Below are positions 37,886 through 49,180 of a stretch of 64,000 bases of DNA, one piece after another (positions within the stretch are counted from its first letter, which is position 1; every line of letters starts with the position of its first letter). The translations under genes were made by a program, and so were the position numbers. The notes beneath the pieces were generated by a model, which had not been told where the DNA came from, ran no database searches, and worked only from the letters and a program-made list of their open reading frames with translations. Source of the stretch: Paraspadella gotoi (lineage: Eukaryota; Animalia; Chaetognatha); contig CM119265.1 in assembly GCA_051294375.1 (NCBI GenBank), positions 2,845,758-2,909,757 of the forward strand, read 5' to 3'.

Positions 37886-39857
37886 ATGTCTTCCCCTCCC
37901 GCCCGACTCTTTCCCGGAGTCGGCCTCCTTCTCGCATTCGTGGACGTTACCTGCATCACTTACGGCGAACTCTTGGTCGTAGTGACGCCGCGGTTGTCGG
38001 CGCTCACTTTCGCCTGGATCGACGCCGCCGCTTTCGCCGTCTTCCTCGTTCCAGTCTTCGCATTCGGACGCCGGAATCCGTTGGCGCCAAAGCGGCGCGA
38101 TTTGGCGCTTTTATTCTTCAACGGTGAGTTTAGAGTAATGAAAATTCTATATTTTGATCGAATTACATACATATTTATTAAATGAATGGATAGTATTTTG
38201 ATGCTGGGCGGAGTACAATTTAGTATTCCCCGATCTAATACTTAAGATAGTGGTCTTTTCATACAATTAAAATATTCTTTCAAACATTATACTACTCCCT
38301 GATAGGGAGGCCAAGAACCTGCTATGTACCTCTGTCGTTATCTTGTAAGAGTGATGGAGGCCTTAAACCACCAAAGCCTGTCCAAAGTCAGGGGCAAGAT
38401 AGCTTATTTATCAAATGAATGGATAATTTTTATATTGTTTGTACCAATTTCATACAATTCTCACAGTTAGAGGTAGCGAGAGAAAGAGAGAGAGGGAGAG
38501 AGAAAGAGAGAAAGCCGAGAGGAAACAAAGGGAGAAGGGGTCGTCTAGAGGTTGTCTTCTCCTAACCAGCGTGGGTAATATTCGTCCCCACGACCCACGA
38601 CCCACTAATCTAAACAAACGTCACTTCAAACTCCAGGTTCCAGCGAAGTATTTTGTCACGTGTTCGCGATTGCGTCTGTGCAATTAGCGCCTCTCGGTGA
38701 CGTCGTGGCATTGTGGAGCGCGGCCATCGTGATGGTGCCCTTGGTCGAGTGCCTCGTGGATCTGCGGGGCCAATGCGAGGATCCTCGGGACCAACGCTTG
38801 AATAGACGTTGCCAATGCGACGACGCCCTTCGTCTTGCCTTCGTCGTTTTAGCCGTCGTCGGCGTCGTCGTCGTTTCGTCGTCGTTTCGTCTTCGGAGAC
38901 GCCAAGACGATCGACCTCGGGCGACGCCTGGTGGGTTACGCCTACGCCATCGGCAACGCCATCGCCGCCACGCTCAGCTATGTCATGGTGGCCCAGTTGA
39001 GTCACGTGCAATTGGGCAGTCGTGGATGTTTACTTCGTTCCCGCCGCGGTCTTGGTGAGAAATTTGGTTCACTTTGTAAATTGTAAAGTTTAAATGTTTT
39101 ATATTTTTTTATATATCAAAGCCAATTTAGCAGCGGTACCCAGCTGAAGACTCTTTGCCCATCCATTGGCTAATAGTCTAATCTCTATAATTGCCTCTCT
39201 CTCACTCTTTCTCATTAATTCTTTCTCACTGTGACTCTCTCTTTTCCTCAGTTATTGTTAAAAACGCTCATTTACACCCCGAGGTCGTGGTCCTTATAAT
39301 ATTCTCCTTTCAAAAACAGAAAATTTCCTGTCTGTCATGAAATATTTTATTAACTGGCATTGCGGTTAATAATATCGGTTTGAAGAGACAGTAATTATTA
39401 TTATGTGTTAGTGACAGAACCTTTGTTTGTCGGTTAAATGGTAAATACGTCGTCCTAATCTAATTCATCATAATAAGTTTATAACCCACTCCTGCCTCTT
39501 TTGACCTACTTCTTCCGCCTCTCCCCCGCCGCATCCGCCGCTGCAGCGCCGCTTCCCCGCGATTACTTAGCAGCCGCCGTCTCCGGTCTCCTCGACGTCA
39601 TCGGATGCTCCTTCGGCGTTCTCTCCCAACAGATCGTCAGCGCCTCCACCGTGACGCTCATCGGGTCTTTGGAGATCCCCTTGGGCTACTTGCTGGACTT
39701 TGTCTTCACTGGAGAGACGCCTTCGTGGAGCACGTTGGGCGGAGCAGGGCTCATCGCTGTCTCTGTTGTCGGGTCGTCGATAGTTGAAATCGTTAAAGAG
39801 AAGGAGGAAGAGGATCATTTAGAATTAGAAAAAAAGAAATTGTTGAATCAAATCTAA
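37886..39857 (+). CDS. SLC35G-like EamA/DMT transporter, 3 coding exons
   Basis: Hydrophobic exons 37886-38123, ~38637-39054 and ~39478-39857. Motifs QLAPLGD, SFVFG...GYAYAIG and LEIPLGYLLDFVFTGETPSWSTLGGAGLI. Small indels in exon 2. Confidence 0.85.
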
Positions 39858-40108
39858 ATAGTGTTGTGACTCCTAAATTCGCCTCCCGTATAGCTTGGTG
39901 AAACTCAGCTCGTCCCATTGGCTTGGACAGCTGACTACTCGTTCACCAACCGTGAGTTCCGGGTTCCATCCCCTCACAGTCACGCTGGTTAAGTGTGATC
40001 GGTGTTGGTGTTGGCAAAATACGCAAGTAGTACAAATTTATTGAATCTATTTGATTTAGATACTGAATCAAAATATCTTGTTTTCTTCAGAAAAACGTTC
40101 AGACTGGA

Positions 40109-40405
40109 GTGATGTAATATCACTACCCGTTGGATACGACTGTTCCTGCCATCAGCGCCGTAGTCACGCACTGGGATAACGCTTCATCTCTGAACCCACT
40201 GGTCACGGGTTCTAGCCTTGGTTGGAACAGTCCTTGCAAAAAAAAAAGTGAGGGGCGGGTTAAACCACCAGTAGCAAGCCTACCGCGGAATCCAAAGTTC
40301 CAGAAAGCAAAGCAACTGTCGGAAAAATCTCCCAGACCCACTGAGCGCACTAAGATTGGCTGTTATCCACACTCGCAGAGAGGGATGGCGACCCTCTCGG
40401 TCACT
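40109..40405 (+). mobile_element. tRNA-derived SINE family A
   Basis: Shares head GTGATGTAATATCACTACCCGTTGGATAC and tail GGCGACCCTCTC with 19551-19825. Confidence 0.7.
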
Positions 40406-40633
40406 TTACTGATTTTTATGAAATCAATGCTAGATAATAGACATTGTATTATTTCTTTCGTTTCGTTGCGTTTTAAAATTTAGTGAAATCAATGTTTTAA
40501 AATTTAGGGTTATGCTACTTAATGTGTGAATTATTTGACAATGAAAACAGTTTCTCGTGCAAATTATGTAATATGTTTAACGGATGTATTCAGTCCGATA
40601 TAGAGTAAAATCGATAAACGCTGTAGCCGAATG

Positions 40634-42983
40634 TCAATCTTTATAAACGGCGAAGACCGTAGCCGAGAGCAAATAATCATCGTTCTGTACAGAATGAGTC
40701 ACATAATTGTCGTAATTTTGATGCCACAAAAATCGCGCCGCTGAGACGATGCCGACAACGCCGCGCCGCTCGACCAAGGACGCCGTAACCACGAATCTGA
40801 GAGAGAGAGAGAGATAGAGAGAGAGAGAAAACAATTCCAGAAATCTAATCGTTTATTATTATTATTATTATTATTATCATCGCAGGAGAACCAATCTAAC
40901 CCAACGTAGAACCGGATCGAAGGACCAGGCGATCTCCGCATAATCGGAATCGTCGAATCATGATTGGTCAAGGAAAAATAGAAAAATAGACCTAGCTTTC
41001 CTTAGTTTCAGTAGAATTGATCTGTACTCCTGCGTGTGTCTCACCGTCGCCTTTTTATTCTCAGAATAAATCTCGTTTTGATTTCATACAAGAAATCCAT
41101 GAGTTTTTCCTTAAATGTGGTGGCAGCCGTTGGATTCGAACCCACGCCTCCGAAGAGACTGGTTATTATGTTAACGTCAAATTATTTTAAAACTTAAAAG
41201 GATTAAATTTGACTTTTGCCGATCGGGGTTTTAGCGTCTTTTGAAAAAAACCACTTAAAATTAGTTAATAATATTTTTAAATTAAAAAAAAAACAAAAAA
41301 CGAACGAACCCAAACCCTAAACCCTCTTAACCCTAACCTACCCTTAACTCTAAACCCCCCCTAACCCCGGTCGGCGAAAGTAAAATTACCCACTCAAAAG
41401 GTTTTTAAACTCACAATTCCATGAATTTGTAAAACATCTTTGGTATCTTTCTATTATCTGTGCATTTGTTTGAAGATTAATTCGAACTTTATGGGCACCT
41501 GTATCGTTCGTACTCCAAACTTTTCATTTCGTCTCGCAGCGAGTTGCAAAGCAGCTTGATCATCGGCCCTGATAGTAAATTAGTATAATTAATATAATAA
41601 TTATAAATTTTAAAAATAGTAAATAATAGTAAGATTAATATAATAATTATAAATTTTAAAAATAGTTCCGCTTTGGCGCTCCTCACCCGCGTAGGCAGAA
41701 TGAAACTGAGTCTTCAATTTTTCGAAGGAAATTTCCAGCGCCTCGTCCAAAATGGATTTGGCGGCGGCGGGACTGAAGAGACGTTTGGGGCGAAGTCGGT
41801 AGGTTGGTTCTGGATTGGATCGATCAATCAATCCATCGATTAAAAATCAATTTATGAAATTTATTAATTTATTTATTTATCACAGTAAGTATATGCCGAA
41901 TAGGTCAATCGATCTTTAAACATTTAATCAAACTGCCAAAGCAATTCAATCCAATAGGCAATTGGTCAATCGTTCAATAAATAAAACCAAATTTTTAATC
42001 GTTCATTAATTAATTAATTCCATAGATCAATCAGAGACTTAAATCTTGAAAAAAAACTATAGATAGGCAAAAAAATAATGATTGTGCTTGTTATTGAGTC
42101 ATTAAAAATAACCTGGCACATTTGAAACTGAACAAGCCAAATTTAATTATGTACCAAATTTAATCTTTGTTTCCATTTCGGACAAAGATTTTTTTCTCTC
42201 CACGTCCAACACAGAGCCTCTTCTCCACTGATTGGACAAACGCCAGTTGAGAGATAGACGTTGGTCTGTTGAAACATTACAATTTTTATTGTCTGTCTCT
42301 CTCTCTATCTCTCTCTCTCTCACCATGTTTTAATTCAACTCCCTCCCTCGTCGGAATCTTCATTCTCTCTCTTTCCAATCGTTGCTCTTTTGTTCGGAGA
42401 ATCGAGTTTCTTTGGGCGAGCGACGCTGGCGCCGCTGGAATAACTGCGGCGTAATTTGAAAACAACAAAGGAGGAAAAAAGATTGTATAATATTATAAAT
42501 TTTTATTCATATTTCACAATTTACAATTAGATTTTTCAGATCATATTCATTTTAATTGTGCTTACAATTAATCATGCTTCCTACCTTCGAACAGGCCATG
42601 GTGAGTTAATGCTTTTTCCATTAATAATAACATTAGCATTAATAACATTAATATTAACACGAGTTTTAAAAACATTTGGTCCTGTAATTGTTAGTAGTCA
42701 CTGATTCAACGTTTCAGTTAATGTCTTTGCAACTCTGTTGCTTTCTAAATTCTATTTCCTTACCCTCGCTCGTTCAAGGTAAGGAAACCTCACCCGCTTC
42801 GGAAAATCTCTCGTTTCTCGGTCGCTGTTGAACGCTGCCCCGTTTTGGCGGCTGCGGCGGCTTCGGATGTTGATGTTTAAGTTGCTGTTGCTGCTGAAGC
42901 TGCGCGCGGGCGACGATTTCACCTTCGTCGCCATCGGTGCTGGTCATCGCCACAGACGGAGAATCCAAGTGTTTCGTATCCAT
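40634..42983 (-). CDS. Tctex1-domain protein (dynein light chain Tctex-type) with long N-terminal extension, 6 exons
   Basis: KF/EPTYRLRPKRLFS..KSILDEAL...MIKLLCNSLRDEMKSLEYERYR/FVV...SAARFLWHQNYDNYVTHSVQNDDYLLSATVFAVYKD*. Confidence 0.9.
41118..41163 (-). pseudogene. 3' half of tRNA-Leu with encoded CCA (not a functional tRNA gene)
   Basis: Minus strand reads ACCAGTCTCTTCGGAGGCGTGGGTTCGAATCCAACGGCTGCCA-CCA: 3' anticodon stem, long variable arm, T arm and acceptor strand. No 5' half nearby. Duplicate at 58008-58053. Confidence 0.85.
41204..41392. mobile_element. MITE with degenerate TAACCC core (same family as 35875-36088)
   Basis: Ends in CCCCGGTCGGCGAAAGTAAAATTACCC; duplicate at ~58090-58257. 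A related element lies at ~43050-43293. Confidence 0.7.
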
Positions 42984-43439
42984 AATTTTCGGGTCGAATA
43001 TTTATCGTTTTAATATATTTTAATTTTAATATTAAATAATTGGCAAAATTACGCGTTCACTGTTTACGATTTTCCAGTCGGTGATTTTTGGTCTTTCGCT
43101 TTTTAAAAAAAAAGAACGCTGGTAGGAATGCAAAAACTTTTATCAAAAACTACCCTTTACCCCCAGATCAGCACTTACCCCTAACCACTCCTAACCAACC
43201 ATAATCCATAATATAAAAAAGGTAATGATATATGTAAATTTAAAAAAATAAACCGACTGGGTAGATTCCAGTCGAGGAAAGTAAAATAACGCCAAATATT
43301 TTTTATTTAATATTTTGTCTTTGTTACACNNNNNNNNNNNNNNNNNNNNNNNNNCCCATAATTATCGAATTAATCATAATTTGGATAGATAAAGAGATTA
43401 AATTTTTGTGTGTGTAGAAGTGTGTGATTGAGCAGATAA

Positions 43440-46020
43440 TGATGCAAGTGAAAATGATGCAAGTTGAAAAAAATGATGCAAGTTTAAAAACGTATGCAAG
43501 TTTAAAAACGTATGCAAGTTGAAACGTATGCAAGTTGAAAAAAGTATGCAAGTGAAAAGATTTTGCAAGTTGAAAAGATTTTGCAAGTTGAAAAGATTTT
43601 GCAAGTGAAAGATTTGCAAGTTGAAAAGATTTTGCAAGTGAAAAAGATTTTGCCAAGTGAAAAAGATTTTGCAAGTTGAAAAGATTTTGCAAGTTGAAAA
43701 GATTTTGCAAGTTGAAAAGATTTTGCAAGTTGAAAGATTTTGCAAGTTGAAAAGATTTGCAAGTTGAAAAGATTTGCAAGTATGAAAAGATTTTGCAATT
43801 TGAAAAGATTTGCAAGTTGAAAAGATTTTGCAAGTTGAAAAGATTTTGCAAAGATTTGCAAGAAAGATTTTTGCAAGTGAAAAGATTTTGCAAGTTGAAA
43901 AGATTTGCAAGTTGAAAGAATTTTGCAAGTTGAAAAGATTTGCAGTTGAAAAAGATTTTGCAAGTTGTAAAAGATTTTGCCAAGTTGAAAAAGATTTGCA
44001 AGTTGAAAAGATTTTGCAAGTTGAAAAGATTTTGCAAGTGAAAAGATTTTGCAAGTTGAAAAGGATTTTGCAAGTTGAAAGATTTTGCAAGTGAAAGATT
44101 TTGCAAGTGAAAAGATTTTGCAAGTTGAAAAGATTTTGCAAGTTGAAAAGATTTTGCAAGTTGAAAAGATTTTGCAAGTTGAAAAAGATTTGGCAAGTTG
44201 AAAAGATTTTTGCAAGTTGAAAAGATTTTGCAAGTTGAAAAGATTTTGCAAGTTGAAAAGATTTTGCAAGTGAAAAGATTTTGCAAGTGAAAAGATTTGC
44301 AAGTTGAAAAGATTTTGCAAGTTGGAAAAGATTTTGCAAGTTGAAAAGATTTTGCAGTTGAAAAGATTTTGCAAGTGAAAAGATTTTGCAAGTTGAAAAG
44401 ATTTTGCAGTTGGAAAAGATTTTGCAAGTTGAAAAGATTTTGCAAGTTGAAAGATTTTGCCAAGTGAAAGAGATTTTGCAAGTTGAAAGATTTTGCAAGT
44501 GAAAAGATTTTGCAAGTTGAAAAGATTTTGCAAGTTGAAAAAGATTTTTGCAAGTGAAAGATTTGCAAGTTGAAAAGATTTTGCAATTGAAATATATTTT
44601 GCCAAGTTGAAAAGATTTGCAAGTTGAAAAGATTTTCAAGTGAAAAGATTTGCAAGTGAAAAGATTTTGAAGTTGAAAAAGATTTTGCCAAGTTGAAAGA
44701 TTTTGCAAGTTGACAAATATTTTGCAAGTTGAAAAGATTTGCAAGTTGAAAAGATTTTGCAAGTTGAAATAGATTTTGCAAAAGTTGAAGATTTTGCAGT
44801 TGAAAAGATTTTGGCAAGTGAAAAATTTTTGCAAGTTGAAAAGATTTTGCAAGTTGAAAAGATTTGGCAAGTTGAAAAGATTTTTGCAGTTGAAAAGATT
44901 TGCAAGTTGAAAAGATTTTGCAAGTTGAAAAGATTTTGCAAGTTGAAAAGATTTTGCAATTGAAAAGATTTGTGAGATGCAGTTAAAAGATTTGCAAGTT
45001 GAAAGAATTTTGCAAGTTGAAAAGATTGCAAGTTGAAAAGATTTTGCAAGTTGAAAAATTTTGCAAGTTGAAAAGATTTTGCCAAGTTGAAAAGATTTGC
45101 AAGTTGAAAAGATTTTGCAAGTTGAAAAGATTTTGCAAGTTGAAAAAGATTTTGCAAGTTGAAAAGATTTTGCAAGTTGAAAAATTTTTGCAAGTGAAAA
45201 AGAATTTTTGCAAGTTAAAAGATTTTGCAAGTTGAAAGATTTGCAAGTTGAAAGATTTTGCAGTTGAAAAGATTTTGCAAGTTGAAAAGATTTTGCAAGC
45301 TTGAAAAGATTTGCAAGTTGAAAAGATTTTGCAAGTTGAAAAGATTTTGCAAGTGAAAAGATTTTGCAAGTGAAAAGATTTTGCAAGTTGAAAGATTTTG
45401 CAAGTTGAAAAGATTTTGCAAGTTGGAAAAGATTTTGCAAGTTGAAAAATTTTGCAAGTGAAAGATTTTGCAAGTTGAAAAGATTTTGCAAGCTGAAAAG
45501 ATTTTGCAAGCTGAAAAGATTTTGCAAGCTGAAAAATTATGCAAGTTTAAAAAATTATGCAAATTGAACAATTTTGTAAGTCGAAAAAATTATGCAAGAT
45601 GAAAAAATTATGCAAGTTTAAAAAAATTATGCAAATTAATAAAATTATGCAAATTAATAAAATTATCAAATTAATAAATTATGCAAATTAAAAAAATTAT
45701 GCCAAACTAAAAAAATTATGCAAGTTAAAAAATAGGCGAGTTAGAGAAATGGAGCTAGATAAAAAAAATGATGCGAGTAAAAATGATGCGAGTTAAAAAA
45801 ATGATGCGAGTTAAAAAAATGATGCGAGTTAAAAAAATGATGCGAGTTAAAAAAATGATGCGAGTTAAAAAAATGATGCGAGTTAAAAAAATGATGCAGT
45901 AAAAAAATGATGCCGAGTTAAAAAAATGATGCGAGTTAAAAAAATGATGCAGTTAAAAAAATGATGCTAGTTAAAAAAATGATGCAAGTTAAAAAAATGA
46001 TGCAAGTGAAAAAAATGATG
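43440..46020. repeat. 18-bp minisatellite (GCAAGTTGAAAAGATTTT)n with graded variants
   Basis: Directly visible tandem array; produces the 6-aa-periodic pseudo-ORFs (LAKSFQ / LQNLFN / TCKIFS). Confidence 0.97.
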
Positions 46021-46424
46021 GATCTGTCCACGATCAATATCGGTAATTAATCAATTAATAATTAATTCAAGTTAATTAATTAATTAATTGATTAATTTTT
46101 GATCCGGAAATGTTTGCTTTGATTGATTAATTGACTGATTAATTAATTATAATTAATTGATTAATTAATTTGACTAAATAACTGATAATTATTTGATTAA
46201 TTAATACATCTGCATTTACATTTATTATAAAAAGAAAAAGCAGGGTAATCAATTAGTGAAACAGGTTTTTTATTTTTAGTCGGATCTGCTTATCAGAGAT
46301 CCGATTATAACTCACTTTTTATAACTCCACTTTTTCGGTCCGTCGGTCCGCCCCCTCAATATTGTCGGGCACACACTTATATCTGTCAGAACATCGAATT
46401 ATGATAAATTATGCAAAAAAAATG

Positions 46425-47400
46425 ATGTCCGTCCGTCCGTCTGTCCGTTCCGTCCGTCCGTCCGTCCGTCCGTCCGTCCGTCCGTCCCACCTTAGCAAAA
46501 AACACATACTACTCGTGATTGATGATGGATTTAAATGAAATTTTTGTGTGTGGATAGGTAAGTGTGTATTGAGCTGGATATTAAGTTTCGATGGAATCGT
46601 CCGAGTGGAAATGAGTTTAAATGGAAAAAACAAAAAAAAATATTCCACTATTTGAACACCAATTGCTCATGAGTGGATGGCTGATTGACCTGGAATTTTG
46701 TATGTGGGTAGCGAAAGTGTGTGGATTGAACAGGAAATCAGTTTCGAGGAATAGTTTGAGTGGAAATGAGTTTTAAAAAATGGAAAAAAACAAAAAACCT
46801 GTTTTACTAATTGATTATGCTTCTTTTTCCTTTATATTAAATGTATCTGCAGGATGTATTAATAAATCAAATAATTAATCAGTTAATTATCAATTAGTAA
46901 ATAAATTAATCAATAATTAATAATTAGTATCAATCCGTCCATCCGTCCGCATCTAGCAAAAAGCTCCAATAACTCGTGATTGGCTGGTTGGATTGGAATT
47001 AAATTTTTGTGTGGTAGGAAAGTGTGTGATAAAGCTGGATATAAAATTTCGATGGAATCGTGTGAGTGGAAATAGTTTAAATGGAAAAACATAAGTCGAA
47101 TTTAACCTAAAATCTTTTTACTTATTTTAACCATAAATACTCCAATTAATCATAATTGGATGGATAGATTGAGTTGAAATTTTGTGTGTGGGTAGGAAAA
47201 CGTATGACGAAGCTTGATATACAAGTTTCAGTGGAACGTACCAGTGGAATGAGTTAAATGAAAAAATATGAGTCACATTTACTTGAATCTTTTTATATTA
47301 TTTTAACCCATGATAGATTGAGATGAAATTTTGTGAGCCGGTAGGAAGTGAGTGAAGAAGCGTAGATAAAGTTTTGACGGAATGCAAGTTTGAAAAAAAT
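46425..47400 (+). mobile_element. Helentron/DINE-1-like non-autonomous repeat, tandem ~130-170-bp units
   Basis: (GTCC)n microsatellite followed by repeated ACTCGTGATTGG..GAAATTTTGTGTGTGG..AGTTTCGATGGAATCG units. Further units at ~43360-43435, 49000-49130 (inverted) and 63380-63530. Confidence 0.55.
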
Positions 47401-47893
47401 GATGCAAGTTAAAAAATCTTAAAAGCATAAGGATCGTCGCTATTGCTAAAAAGGAGAGAGAGAGAGAGAGAAAGAGAGAGTGAGAGAGAGAGAGAGAGAG
47501 TGAGACAGAAAGAGAGAGAGTGAGAGAGAGAGAGAGAGAAGGAGACATAAAATAAAAAATCTTAAAAGACTCAAGATCGAGCCAGAGCCACTATCATAGA
47601 AAATTAATGAAAAAAACCGGGAAAAAACGAATGAAATCATGCGATAACGAATTGTTGATGTACTAGTAATTGATTTGAGGTAATACTAATTGATTGATGT
47701 AATAGTAATTTATTGATGTAATAGGAATTGATTATTGATTCGATGATAATCAATTATTGATGCGATGATAGTCATTCACTGCTGTGATGATAGTCATTCA
47801 GTGATGCGATGATTGTCATTCATTGATGCGATGATTGTCATTCATTGATGCGATGATTAGTCAATAAAACAAACAAATGCGTGTATGAGTGAA

Positions 47894-47924
<31 letters not shown>

Positions 47925-47929
47925 AAGAA

Positions 47930-47964
<35 letters not shown>

Positions 47965-48403
47965 AAGAAAGAAAGAGAATAAATCCACGAAAATCTCGGA
48001 TGAAAATATGGATTTTGTATTGAAAAAAGCGCGGAATAAATGGCAATAATAAAAAGTTTTAGAAGGAAAAAAATAATCGAATTTTCAAAAAACAAACGAT
48101 CACGCAAAAGATCGGACAGATAGGGACAGACACACACAGAGAGACAGAGAGACAGAGAGAGAGAGAGAAAAAGAGAGAGAGACAGCCGCTGCAGAGAAAA
48201 AGAGAAAGAGCGATATATAATAATTAAAAGAGAGAGAGAGAGAGAAGCTCTACAGCCCCTTTACTCGTTAAAGAATCAGCAGTACTTATGGCGCCGCACG
48301 TAGCGTGAGCTATTCTCTACCCAACAGGACCCGGGTTTGCGCCCTGTCGCGGCATCGTTTTTTACATTAGTGAACCCACATTATATCTAAAAAATTTTTT
48401 GTA

Positions 48404-48462
<59 letters not shown>

Positions 48463-49180
48463 AGCTGGACAGACGCTGCAGAGCCGGAACTCGTTTTTAG
48501 AAGAAGCAGTGACGGAGAAAAAGAGAGAGAGAGAGAGAGAGCGACATATAATTAAAACGTTTTTGTTTTGTAAATAAAACATAAACAAATACCAATATTG
48601 ATATGAAACATGAGAATTTTAAAGATCTTGATGATTAGAGCCATATATGAAAATTCAACTCCTATGATATCACACTTTCAGAAGCCATGATTGCAAAAAA
48701 GCGAGACCGAAAGCTAAACCGAAAAAAAATCTAGACAGGACGGGCTTTGCCCGCCTGGCTCGATAATAGAGGATATTTGTTTGTTTTGATAAAATGTAAA
48801 CAAAACATTTAATAACTGTCCTGACTCAATTTTAGGACATCGATGATGACAAGCTGAATATAAATTATAATTAATCTATTAATTAATTAATTAATTAATC
48901 TATTAATTAATTAATTAATCTATTAATTAATTAATTAATCATTTAATTAATTAATTATCGTAGGCAGATCCGACATTGTTTGCTCAAAACTTGTTTTAAT
49001 TTGAACTCATTTCCACTCAAACGATTCCATCGAAACTTGATTCCAGCTTAATCACACTCAAAATTTCATTCCAATCAATCCATCCACATCACGAGTAATT
49101 GGTGTTTTTTGTAAGGTGGGACGGACATATTTTCCCTTTACGCCAATATGCAAATGAGATTATCAACGTGGAATTTTCAG

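Noticed and set aside
39880-39985. tRNA gene (also 48289-48362 and 18620-18670)
   Set aside because: Only B-box-like remnants and no complete cloverleaf; probably decayed SINE heads.
43324-45571. Long ORFs of 367-709 aa with Leu-rich periodicity
   Set aside because: They are translations of an 18-bp tandem repeat open in several frames; not LRR or pentapeptide-repeat proteins.
43440-46020. CRISPR-like array
   Set aside because: No unique spacers, no cas genes, eukaryotic context.
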